Shown: positions 44,460 through 53,105, numbered from the stretch's first letter. The stretch: DNA of 64,000 nucleotides from Dehalococcoidia bacterium (GCA_014874385.1 JACWAE010000025.1:3910-67909); one strand, 5' to 3'. Notes: generated by a model not told the origin, from the letters alone. Made by a program: numbers and translations.

Positions 44460-45862
44460 TGCCGGAAAAGCTGAACCTGAATAGAGTTGCTATGCCCAAG
44501 CAAGAGCCCAAGGCAAGGGCTGCGAATTTCAACGAGGTTGCTCTGGGATACCAGGCCGAGAACGCGCTGGCCGAAGCCAGCCGCTGCATTCAATGTAAGA
44601 AGCGCTCCTGCGTTGGTGGCTGTCCTGTGGGCGTGGACATACCGGAATTCATTGCGGCGCTGCGCGATAACAAAATGTCCGAGGCGGTGAAGGTGCTCAA
44701 AGGCAAGAACGCCCTGCCGGGTATCTGCGGGCGGGTCTGTCCCCAGGAGACCCAGTGCGAGGAGGTCTGCGCCCTGGCCAAGAAAGGCGCTCCTATCGCC
44801 ATCGGACGCCTTGAGCGCTATGTCGCTGACTGGGAGCTCGCCCAGCCCGCGACCTCGAAGCCCAAGCCGGAGATCGCTCCGCCGACGGGCAAGAAAGTGA
44901 TGGTAGTCGGTTCCGGCCCGGCGGGTCTCACCGCAGCCGCTGACCTGGCCAAGCGCGGCCATCAGGTCACCATCCGTGAGGCCCTGCACGTCGCCGGCGG
45001 GGTGTTGATGTACGGTATCCCCGAGTTCAGGATGCCCAAGCGTATTGTCCAGGCCGAGGTGGACTACGTGAAGTCGCTGGGTGTTGAAGTCAAGCTGGAC
45101 TCTGTAATAGGCAAGATAGCTACAGTCGACGAGATTCTTGCGGACGGGTATGATGCAGTATTTCTGGGCACTGGCGCAGGCCTGCCCATGTTCCTGCGCA
45201 TCCCCGGCGAGAACTACAACGGTATCTATTCTGCTAACGAGTTCCTGACTCGAACCAACCTGATGAAGGCTTACCTATTCCCCGAATACGATACCCCGCT
45301 CAGGGTGGGCAAGAGGGTGGCAGTCATCGGCGGCGGCAATGTGGCTATGGATGCTGCCAGATGCGCCCTCAGACTTGGTGCTCAGGAGGTCTATATCGTG
45401 TACCGGCGCAGCCGCACCGAGATGCCGGCACGGCGTGAGGAGGTCGAGAACGCTGAGGAGGAAGGCGTAATATTCAAGTTCCTCACCAACCCCGTGAAAT
45501 TCCTAGGCAACGACAAAGGCTGGGTCACCTCTATGGAGTGCGTGGAGATGGAGCTTGGCGAGCCCGATGCCAGCGGGCGCCGCAGCCCTGTGGTCAAGAA
45601 GGGCAGCGAGTTCAAGATGGATGTTGACATTGCAGTCGTAGCGCTGGGCACCACGCCCAATCCGTTAGTGCCGACTACCACCAAAGGTCTGGACACGACC
45701 AAGAAAGGCACTGTAGTTGCTGAAGAGGCGACAGGCAAGACCACCAAGACCGGTGTCTGGGCAGGAGGAGACGTGGTTACCGGCTCAGCCACCGTGATAA
45801 GCGCCATGGGCGCTGCCAAGAGAGCGGTAGCCTCCATGGATGAGTACCTGAAAGGTAAATAA
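44459..45862 (+). CDS. nfnB: NfnB/GltD-like NADPH-dependent oxidoreductase (glutamate synthase small-chain family)
   Basis: 'CIQCKKRSCVGGCPV', 'VMVVGSGPAGLTAAADLAKRGH', 'VIGGGNVAMDAAR' and 'VWAGGDVVTG'. Confidence 0.85.
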   Translation: MPEKLNLNRVAMPKQEPKARAANFNEVALGYQAENALAEASRCIQCKKRSCVGGCPVGVDIPEFIAALRDNKMSEAVKVLKGKNALPGICGRVCPQETQCEEVCALAKKGAPIAIGRLERYVADWELAQPATSKPKPEIAPPTGKKVMVVGSGPAGLTAAADLAKRGHQVTIREALHVAGGVLMYGIPEFRMPKRIVQAEVDYVKSLGVEVKLDSVIGKIATVDEILADGYDAVFLGTGAGLPMFLRIPGENYNGIYSANEFLTRTNLMKAYLFPEYDTPLRVGKRVAVIGGGNVAMDAARCALRLGAQEVYIVYRRSRTEMPARREEVENAEEEGVIFKFLTNPVKFLGNDKGWVTSMECVEMELGEPDASGRRSPVVKKGSEFKMDVDIAVVALGTTPNPLVPTTTKGLDTTKKGTVVAEEATGKTTKTGVWAGGDVVTGSATVISAMGAAKRAVASMDEYLKGK

Positions 45863-45939
45863 CGTAGCGTCGCCACTCCTGTGGCGACGAGGAAGGTATT
45901 CTTCCATCGGCTCCCCCCTTTTTAAAGGCAACAATATAC

Positions 45940-45968
45940 TTGACAAATCACGTTTTCTGTGCTAGAAT
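45940..45968 (+). promoter_or_regulatory. Sigma70-like promoter inside IRL (TTGACA-N17-TAGAAT)
   Basis: Consensus -35 element, a near-consensus -10 element and optimal spacing, about 25 nt upstream of the transposase start. Confidence 0.5.
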
Positions 45969-45993
45969 GTAACCAAGAATAAAGAGGGAGTGA

Positions 45994-46947
45994 ATGAACA
46001 TGATTCCACAAAGCCTTCAAGAAGCTATCGTTTATTTCTCGGATGAACAGCACTGTCACGAGTTCCTCGCTGGTATGCGTTGGCCCGATGGCCCTGTATG
46101 CCCACACTGTGGTTCCAAGCAGGTATCTTTCCTTGAGAGGCAGCATCGCTTTCAGTGTACTTCCCGCCACGCCAATAGGCAGTTCACTGTTAAGGTTGGC
46201 ACAGTATTTGAGGACAGCCATATCCCGTTGAACAAGTGGTTGCCAGCCGTTTGGCTCATTAGTAATGCTAAGAATGGAGTCAGTTCCTACGAAGTCGCTC
46301 GTAGTCTGAAGGTTACTCAAAAGACAGCCTGGTTCATGATGCACAGAATACGTTTGGCTATGGGAGTTGACAATGGCAAATTCTCTGGCACAGTCGAAGC
46401 CGATGAGACTTTCATTGGTGGTAGGGCTGTCAATATGCACAAGGCCAAGAAAGAAAAGGTTATCAAAGGCCGTGGCACTATCGGCAAGGTCGCTGTCATG
46501 GGACTGCTTGAACGGCACAATCTTGACGATATGCCCAGCAAGGTTCAAACCAAGATACTTGCCGATACCAGCCGAAATACAATTCCACCTGCGGTCAAAC
46601 AGTCGGTTGAAGCTGGCAGCAACCTTATCACCGATGCACTGTCTCCCTACGACAACCTGAATACCGAGTATGTCCATGAGGTGATTGACCATGCCGAGGC
46701 TTATGTTCGAGGCCACGTTCACACCAACGGCATTGAAAACTTCTGGAGCCTCTTGAAGCGAGCAATCAAAGGCACATACGTTAGTGTTGAGGCATTTCAC
46801 CTGCCCAAGTATCTTGACGAACAAACTTTCCGTTTCAACGCTCGAAAGACTAACGATGCTAACCGATTCGAGTCTGTGGTAGAAGGCATTACTGGCAAGC
46901 GATTGACCTATAATCAACTCATTGGGGCTGCTACGACGCCAGCCTAA
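45994..46947 (+). CDS. IS1595 (ISXO2-like) family transposase
   Basis: N-terminal zinc ribbon 'CPHCGS...FQCTS', 'IPLNKWLPAVWLISNAKNGVSSYEVARSLKVTQKTAWFMMHRIR', and a DDE domain starting 'VEADETFIGG'. Confidence 0.9.
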   Translation: MNMIPQSLQEAIVYFSDEQHCHEFLAGMRWPDGPVCPHCGSKQVSFLERQHRFQCTSRHANRQFTVKVGTVFEDSHIPLNKWLPAVWLISNAKNGVSSYEVARSLKVTQKTAWFMMHRIRLAMGVDNGKFSGTVEADETFIGGRAVNMHKAKKEKVIKGRGTIGKVAVMGLLERHNLDDMPSKVQTKILADTSRNTIPPAVKQSVEAGSNLITDALSPYDNLNTEYVHEVIDHAEAYVRGHVHTNGIENFWSLLKRAIKGTYVSVEAFHLPKYLDEQTFRFNARKTNDANRFESVVEGITGKRLTYNQLIGAATTPA

Positions 46948-46961
46948 GAGGGGGAAAGCAA

Positions 46962-47153
46962 GTGGCAAAAGCAAAGAAAGACGAACTCCCAGAACAAGAG
47001 GGTAATTCTGAGTTTCAGCGTTTCGACCAAATACTCCGTAAAGTCGTCTCTGTTCCCAAGACAGAAATTGAACGACGTGAGTCTCAGTGGAGAAAGCACA
47101 AAGACAAAACGAAAAAATTGGAACAGGGGCAACACGCTGATAAGGACAAATAA
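46962..47153 (+). CDS. Small Lys/Glu-rich hypothetical protein
   Basis: 63 aa, GTG start 14 nt after the transposase stop, preceded by GAGGGGG. No homology recognised. Confidence 0.35.
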   Translation: MAKAKKDELPEQEGNSEFQRFDQILRKVVSVPKTEIERRESQWRKHKDKTKKLEQGQHADKDK

Positions 47154-47163
47154 TCATTACTCA

Positions 47164-47565
47164 TCACTTCTTTGCCAGAATGATTAAAACAGCGACCAAG
47201 GCGAGAAGCCCCATAATAGCCACCCATGCATCCTTATTCCCCACCCGCTCTGCCTCTTGCTTTTCCTTGTCGAGCATGTCATTAAGCTCTTGCAACTCTG
47301 CGAGACTGATTGTGTGAGAGTTGATTCTGTCAAGGAGATATTGCTTCCGTGGTGACATGCCCGGATTAGGCAAAATACCTCTCTCTACGTAGTATTTGAC
47401 TATTTCGAGTTGGTGGATAGTTACCAGTGGAATGAATTTGCCATCCATCTTATTGAGTTTTTCCTCTAGTCTGTTTAGTCGGTACTCAATTCGGGCGAAA
47501 AAACCGCCAGCACCGAAAGCTAAAATAACCAGCGTGATTACAATGCCTAAATTCATGCCCATCAT
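47164..47565 (-). CDS. Hypothetical 2-TM protein with a central coiled-coil
   Basis: 133 aa. N-terminal TM ('LGIVITLVILAFGAGGFF') and C-terminal TM ('WVAIMGLLALVAVLIILA'). Lies 26 nt downstream of the HEPN gene. Confidence 0.55.
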   Translation of the reverse strand: MMGMNLGIVITLVILAFGAGGFFARIEYRLNRLEEKLNKMDGKFIPLVTIHQLEIVKYYVERGILPNPGMSPRKQYLLDRINSHTISLAELQELNDMLDKEKQEAERVGNKDAWVAIMGLLALVAVLIILAKK

Positions 47566-47591
47566 CCCCCACCTTAAATCTTAAGGCTTAA

Positions 47592-48395
47592 TCACTCTTT
47601 CAACTTCGTGGCAAGGTGTCGCATGAATCCTTTGACTGCGTTCCAAATATCTTCTGCCTGCTCTTCTGTATAGACCTTCTCGACATGCATAGTAGGATTC
47701 CGCCATGCATCTTTGACAGCTCGGAGCATACCAGTCGCGCCAGAGAAAAACACGTCGTCTACCTGCCATTCTGGAGAACGCTGTGCTAGTCGCTTGGTAA
47801 GTTCTGAATCACACTTCGTCAGAATAGCATCCCAAGTTGGGTTTGTAGTCGGAGGCAATTTAAGTGTATCCCCTAGAACCCGAAGGGCTACCTCCATAAC
47901 ACGCATTAAGTGAAATACACAAGCCGTTGCTCTATGATAGGCTAGACAATGGGATGCTTCTTCAATATCAAATCGTGCCTCCGGGAAATTCAGAAATACG
48001 TCCTCCCCAAAGTGATGTATATCCCCTCTGGCTAATTGAAGTTCCTCGAAGTTAAGATGTAAGAATACTTGGTTACTTAACTCAATATCTAGTGCTGTTT
48101 GCAAAGCCCTAGCTGTGCTAGGGATTTCTTCGCCTTTTTGTGAGTCAGCCAAAACGTCTAAAAGTTGTCGCATGAAGCCAAGTGAAACAGGAGTGAGAGA
48201 GATCTTTTCAGTGAGAGAGAGCTTCTCAAAGTAACGAAGTGACTTACTCAAAAATTCACGTAACTCGGTAGCTGTTTCAGGGCTAATGTTCCCATGTGAA
48301 GAAGCGAGGCTATCCAGCACTATGAATAGTCGTCCATATAGCTCAGGGCGGAAAATCTTCACAAGTTCTCCCAAAGTGATATAATGGTTGCTCAA
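47592..48395 (-). CDS. HEPN-domain protein (Rx4H motif)
   Basis: 'AVKDAWRNPTMHVEK' carries R-x4-H. The preceding helix 'IEEASHCLAYHRATACVFHLMRVMEVALR' is typical of HEPN. TTG start. Confidence 0.6.
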   Translation of the reverse strand: MSNHYITLGELVKIFRPELYGRLFIVLDSLASSHGNISPETATELREFLSKSLRYFEKLSLTEKISLTPVSLGFMRQLLDVLADSQKGEEIPSTARALQTALDIELSNQVFLHLNFEELQLARGDIHHFGEDVFLNFPEARFDIEEASHCLAYHRATACVFHLMRVMEVALRVLGDTLKLPPTTNPTWDAILTKCDSELTKRLAQRSPEWQVDDVFFSGATGMLRAVKDAWRNPTMHVEKVYTEEQAEDIWNAVKGFMRHLATKLKE

Positions 48396-48470
48396 TTCTA
48401 ATCCCCCCTTCCGTGATTTGTCAACTATATTGTTGCCTTTTTAAAGGGGGATACAGGGGGATTACGTTAC

Positions 48471-48502
48471 GGGGCGTCCTTCCCGTACGGGAAGGACGCC
48501 CC
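48471..48502. repeat. 32-nt perfect palindrome GGGGCGTCCTTCCCGTACGGGAAGGACGCCCC
   Basis: 14-bp arms and a 4-nt centre. Part of a palindrome cluster upstream of mutS. Confidence 0.7.
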
Positions 48503-48519
48503 TGCTTTCTCCGGAATTT

Positions 48520-48569
48520 GTAGTTGCCTGATTTATCAGGCAGAATTGCCCAATGAATTGGGCAACTAC
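48520..48569. repeat. GTAGTTGCC...GGCAACTAC nested double-hairpin REP
   Basis: Outer stem GTAGTTGCC/GGCAACTAC encloses hairpins CCTGATTTATCAGG and GCCCAATGAATTGGGC. A second copy lies at 60972-61022. Confidence 0.7.
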
Positions 48570-48639
48570 TTTTCCAACAGCGACTATTACTGTAAAATGG
48601 GGGCTGTCTGGATTACTTGTTGGGTAGTCGGGATCAGAT

Positions 48640-48667
48640 GTAGGGGCAATTCATGAATTGCCCCTAC
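48640..48667. repeat. GTAGGGGC...GCCCCTAC palindromic REP unit
   Basis: GTAGGGGCAATTCATGAATTGCCCCTAC, a 28-nt perfect palindrome 17 nt upstream of mutS. Confidence 0.7.
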
Positions 48668-48683
48668 AAGACAGAGATCGAAG

Positions 48684-51248
48684 ATGACACCAGTTCGAAG
48701 CCAGTATCTCAAAATAAAGCGCAGCTATCCTCAGGCTATCGTCTTCTTCCGCCTGGGCGATTTCTACGAGACCTTCGATGAGGATGCCAGGCTCGTCTCA
48801 AGGGAGCTTGAAATAACCCTCACCTCCCGGGAGATGGGCAAGGGTCAGCGTTATCCCATGGCGGGGATACCGTACCATGCCCTGGACAACTATCTGGCCA
48901 AGCTTATCAATAAAGGCTACAAGGTGGCTATCTGCGAGCAGATGACCGAGCCCAAGCCGGGACGCGGTATTGTGGAGCGGGAGGTGGTGCGGGTGGTGAC
49001 GCCGGGCACGGTGCTCGAGCCCAACCTGCTCGAGACCAGGACGAATAACTACCTTGCTTCTATTGCTGCTGAAGGCGAGCAGGTGGGCATATCGTATATT
49101 GACATAACGACAAGTGAGTTCGCTACGACCCAGCTTCCCGCCGAAAAAGCCTTGCTGGAACTGGAACGGCTTCGCCCCTCCGAGCTGCTTGCCCCGAGTA
49201 ACTCCCGTTTCCCTCTGACATCGCAATCGGCGCCTGTGACCCCTCTTGAAGACCAGTGGTTCGAGCTCGATGTAGCGCAGCAGACCCTACTCGACAGCTT
49301 CAAGGCATCCACTCTCGAAGGCTATGGCTGTGCCCATCTGCCGCTGGCGATAAGGGCGGCGGGCCCGATCATGCATTATCTGGAGCAGACCCAGAAGGGT
49401 GTGCTGGGTCAGATAAACAACCTGAGTACCTATTCCACCGAATCATATATGGTTCTCGATGCTCAGACGCGCCGCAATCTGGAGCTGTTTCAGAGCAGCC
49501 GCCTGGGGCTGACCGCCGGCTCGCTGCTCTCTGTCATTGATTTGACCAAAACGCCGATGGGCGGCAGGCTGCTCAAGAGATGGCTGGGGCAGCCCCTCCT
49601 TGACATAAAGCAGCTTGAGCGCAGGCAGCAGGCTGTGGCCTGGTTCCAGTCGCCGCAGCGTGCTGAGGTCATCAGCCTGCTCAGCAGGCTCAGCGATGTA
49701 GAACGGCTGATAAACCGCGTGAGGGCAGGCATCGCCACTCCGCGCGAACTGGTATCATTACGCCGCAGCCTGGAGCAGTTGCCTAAGTTGAAGGCGATAT
49801 TGGATGTAGATGGTGTGTTGGAGTGGCTTTCCTCGGAGCTCAAGTCCTGCGAAGATGTGGTTTCGTTGATGTTAAGTGCCATCGTGGATGACCCTCCACC
49901 GGTGGTGAGTGAGGGCAATGTGATAAAGAGCGGCTTTTCCAGCGAGCTGGATGAGCTTCGCTCAGCTTCATCAAACGCCCGAAAATATCTGGCCGACCTG
50001 GAGCGCACCGAGCGCGATAGGACGGGTATCAAGTCACTCAAGGTGGGCTATAACAGGGTGTTCGGCTATTATATCGAGGTCACCTCGCCTCACCTGAGCC
50101 GTGTCCCTCAGGACTATATCCGTAAGCAGACGCTGGCGGGGGCGGAGCGCTATTTCACCCCGCAGCTCAAGGAGTACGAGTCGCTCATCCTCAATGCTGA
50201 GACCAGGATCGCTGAACTGGAGGGCTCTATCTTTCGCCAGGTTTGCCGCCAGGTAGGGGATTGCGGCGAGCGCATCCTGGGCATCGCCGCTGCTCTGGCG
50301 CAGATAGACGTTCTCTCCAGCTTCGCCGAGGTGGCAGTGAGGTACGGCTATGCCTGCCCCAGGCTGACCAATGATGACTCGATAACGATCGTCAACGGAC
50401 GCCACCCTGTGGTGGAGCGGGCGCTGACGGATGAGCGCTTCGTCCCCAACGACACCTATCTCTCGAATCAGGATGCCCAGCTCATCATCCTCACCGGGCC
50501 CAACATGTCGGGGAAATCAACCTATCTGCGGCAGGTAGCCCTCATTGTGCTCTTGGCCCAGATCGGCAGCTTCGTGCCCGCGGACTCTGCCACCATAGGG
50601 CTGGTGGACCGCATTTTCACCCGCGTTGGCCTTCAGGACGACCTGGTCACGGGACAGTCCACCTTCATGATTGAAATGGTGGAGACCGCCAATATACTCA
50701 ACAACGCCACTTCGAAATCGCTGATTATACTGGATGAAATAGGACGTGGCACTTCGACCTACGATGGCCTTTCCATAGCGCAGGCCGTGGCGGAGTACAT
50801 TCATAACCATCCCCGGCTCGGCGCTAAGACGCTGTTCGCTACTCATTATCACGAGCTGGTGGAGCTGGCTAACTTTCTGCCCCGTGTAAAGAACTACAAT
50901 ATCGCCGTGTCGGAGGAAGGCGGCAAGGTAGTCTTCCTGCGCAAGATAGTGCCCGGTGGCGCTGACAAGAGCTACGGCATACATGTGGCGCAGTTGGCAG
51001 GCCTGCCCAAAGCAGTGGTGCACCGCGCCGAAGAGGTCTTGACCGAGCTCGAAAGTAATGGCGACGTGAAAGTTGTGCCTGGATTCAAACCTCGTTCCAG
51101 ACAGAAGACTCCCCAGGAGCAGATTCCTCTATTTGGACAGAGGTCCCCTGTAACGGATGAAATCCTCAAGCTGGATATATCTTCGATGACCCCTCTGGAG
51201 GCCATCACCAAGCTCTATGAGCTGCAGCGCAAGGCGAATGAAGGGTAA
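48684..51248 (+). CDS. mutS: DNA mismatch repair protein MutS
   Basis: N-terminal 'TPVRSQYLKIKRSYPQAIVFFRLGDFYETF', Walker A 'GPNMSGKST', and 'DEIGRGTSTYDG'. Confidence 0.95.
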   Translation: MTPVRSQYLKIKRSYPQAIVFFRLGDFYETFDEDARLVSRELEITLTSREMGKGQRYPMAGIPYHALDNYLAKLINKGYKVAICEQMTEPKPGRGIVEREVVRVVTPGTVLEPNLLETRTNNYLASIAAEGEQVGISYIDITTSEFATTQLPAEKALLELERLRPSELLAPSNSRFPLTSQSAPVTPLEDQWFELDVAQQTLLDSFKASTLEGYGCAHLPLAIRAAGPIMHYLEQTQKGVLGQINNLSTYSTESYMVLDAQTRRNLELFQSSRLGLTAGSLLSVIDLTKTPMGGRLLKRWLGQPLLDIKQLERRQQAVAWFQSPQRAEVISLLSRLSDVERLINRVRAGIATPRELVSLRRSLEQLPKLKAILDVDGVLEWLSSELKSCEDVVSLMLSAIVDDPPPVVSEGNVIKSGFSSELDELRSASSNARKYLADLERTERDRTGIKSLKVGYNRVFGYYIEVTSPHLSRVPQDYIRKQTLAGAERYFTPQLKEYESLILNAETRIAELEGSIFRQVCRQVGDCGERILGIAAALAQIDVLSSFAEVAVRYGYACPRLTNDDSITIVNGRHPVVERALTDERFVPNDTYLSNQDAQLIILTGPNMSGKSTYLRQVALIVLLAQIGSFVPADSATIGLVDRIFTRVGLQDDLVTGQSTFMIEMVETANILNNATSKSLIILDEIGRGTSTYDGLSIAQAVAEYIHNHPRLGAKTLFATHYHELVELANFLPRVKNYNIAVSEEGGKVVFLRKIVPGGADKSYGIHVAQLAGLPKAVVHRAEEVLTELESNGDVKVVPGFKPRSRQKTPQEQIPLFGQRSPVTDEILKLDISSMTPLEAITKLYELQRKANEG

Positions 51249-51372
51249 AAAGCCTGCTTCTTGCGAGTAGTTTTGTGAAGTTGTTTGCCATCAATCCTTT
51301 TATTCCCTGCTGAAAAGAGGTCTCTGTCCTGGTTGCAATTAAGTGTTATAATTATATTGTAATAATGGCGCA

Positions 51373-51684
51373 ATGAGCCAATATGCCAAGGAGTTTGCTA
51401 TGGGAATGTTAGCGAAACTAACAAGCGGTGGTCAAGTTACCCTTCCCAAAGAGATCAGGGTGAAGACCAACATGAAGCCTGGAGATTTTGTAGAGGTTGA
51501 CCTCGACAGGCGGGGACATATTGTTCTGAGACCCAAGAAGCTTGTGGATGCCAACCAAGCGTATTTCTGGACTGAGGAATGGCAGAAGGGGGAGCACAAA
51601 GCAGATGAGGATATAAAAGCTGGGCGGGGCAAGAGGTTCAAGTCAGCTTCGGCAGCCGTGAAATATCTTAGGGTCAAGGCGTGA
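51373..51684 (+). CDS. AbrB/MazE/SpoVT-family antitoxin candidate
   Basis: 'GGQVTLPKEIRVKTNMKPGDFVEV' swapped-hairpin motif. The true start is possibly ATG at 51400. Confidence 0.6.
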   Translation: MSQYAKEFAMGMLAKLTSGGQVTLPKEIRVKTNMKPGDFVEVDLDRRGHIVLRPKKLVDANQAYFWTEEWQKGEHKADEDIKAGRGKRFKSASAAVKYLRVKA

Positions 51685-51685
51685 C

Positions 51686-51946
51686 GTGGAGCTCTTTCTT
51701 ACCGAGCAATTCGAGCAGGCTTATCAGAAGCTCACGGATGCCGAACGACGCAGCGTTCGCAAGGCGCTTAGCCTGTTGGGTGATAATTTGAGACATCCCA
51801 GCTTGCGTGTTAAGAAGATGGAGGGCAGACAAAATATCTGGGAGGCTTGTCCTTCCAAGAGGCTGAGGATGACCTTCGAGTTGAAGGAAGGAATAATCAT
51901 CATGCGCAATGTGGGAGAACATGACAAGGTATTGAAGAAACCATAA
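51686..51946 (+). CDS. RelE/ParE-superfamily toxin candidate
   Basis: 86 aa, GTG start 1 nt after the antitoxin stop. 'HPSLRVKKMEGRQNIWEACPSKRLRMTFELKEGIIIMRNVGEHD' fits the RelE/ParE-like pattern. Confidence 0.5.
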   Translation: MELFLTEQFEQAYQKLTDAERRSVRKALSLLGDNLRHPSLRVKKMEGRQNIWEACPSKRLRMTFELKEGIIIMRNVGEHDKVLKKP

Positions 51947-52008
51947 TCGTCCTGGCTTAAGGTGCAAGCAGCGAAGTTTTTTAATCATTATGAAATAGGA
52001 GGTCAGCG

Positions 52009-52923
52009 ATGTACGAGAAAATACTTGTTCCCCTGGATGGTTCAGAGTTAGCTGAGGTTGCCCTGCCTTATGCCGAGGAGCTGGCGGGAAAACTTGGCTC
52101 TGAGGTCACCCTGCTGCATGTTTGTGAGTCCTCGGAAGAACAGTATCATCACATGCACCAGTTATATCTACAGAAGATGGTTGGGGTTACGAAGCGCGGC
52201 GCCAAGAAATATCTGGCGAAACCGGATGCTAAAACAATCACGGTGAAGTCAGCGGTTCTGCCCGGCCACCCTGCCGAGCAGATTGTGGACTTTGCAGAAA
52301 AGCAGCGTATTGACCTGATTGTAATTGCCACGCACGGCTGGTCCGGCATCAGGCGGTGGGTTCTGGGAAGCGTGGCAGATAAGGTAGTGCGTGCCACGAA
52401 ACAGCCGGTGGCGCTCATCAGGGCCAAGGGCGCCCATCACCATACGTTTGCCGAAGCCACACTGAATAAGACGCTTCTCCCTCTCGATGGCTCCAAAGAG
52501 AGCGAAGCAGTGATTCCCTATGCCGAGGAGCTTGCCTCCGGGCTCGAGGGAGAGGTTGTCCTCCTTCACGTGGTGCCGCCACCTTCCCCTGTCTATGCTG
52601 TCGTCCCGGGGGAGACTGCCCAGATCCCCTATACCCAGGCTCAGGTTGAGCTATTAAAGGTGGATGCCGGGAGTTACCTGGAGAAGGTGACAAATTCACT
52701 TAAAGACAAGCATATCAAAGTGAGGTCTGAGGTGAGGGTTGGGAATACGGCTCATGAGATTATCAAGCTCGCCGATGAAGTGCATGCCGATTTGGTGGCC
52801 ATGTCAACACACGGCTGGTCCGGCATCAGCCGTTGGGCATTGGGGAGCACAGCAGACAAAGTCCTCAATGGAGGGAACACTCCGCTCTTACTGGTGAGGT
52901 CGCCGGGCGTTACAACAAAGTAG
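52009..52923 (+). CDS. Tandem-domain universal stress protein
   Basis: Two UspA domains, each ending in 'THGWSGI(R/S)RW(V/A)LGS(V/T)ADKV'. Confidence 0.88.
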   Translation: MYEKILVPLDGSELAEVALPYAEELAGKLGSEVTLLHVCESSEEQYHHMHQLYLQKMVGVTKRGAKKYLAKPDAKTITVKSAVLPGHPAEQIVDFAEKQRIDLIVIATHGWSGIRRWVLGSVADKVVRATKQPVALIRAKGAHHHTFAEATLNKTLLPLDGSKESEAVIPYAEELASGLEGEVVLLHVVPPPSPVYAVVPGETAQIPYTQAQVELLKVDAGSYLEKVTNSLKDKHIKVRSEVRVGNTAHEIIKLADEVHADLVAMSTHGWSGISRWALGSTADKVLNGGNTPLLLVRSPGVTTK

Positions 52924-53105
52924 ATTGAAGCAGACTACGGGAACGCCATAGAGCTTCATTTATGCCTTCCAGTAAGTTATTGTGACTGATTCTGCCCTGA
53001 GCATTCTATTCGCCTTGTGCACGTTGCCAACGACCTGCATATAAAGATAAGATGCCCCAGCCTTCCTTTTAATGGTAGGACTGGGCCATCTCGTCTTAGG
53101 CTATT

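Larger units (their letters stand above)
45914..48450. mobile_element. IS1595-family element with passenger genes (2.54 kb between 39-bp inverted repeats)
   Basis: IRL 45914-45952 is CCCCCTTTTTAAAGGCAACAATATACTTGACAAATCACG. The reverse complement of IRR 48412-48450 is CCCCCTTTAAAAAGGCAACAATATAGTTGACAAATCACG. No other IR copy lies near the transposase stop. Confidence 0.65.

Noticed and set aside
45922-47157. 411-aa minus-strand ORF
   Set aside because: It is antisense to the IS1595 transposase, whose zinc ribbon and DDE domain are clear on the plus strand.
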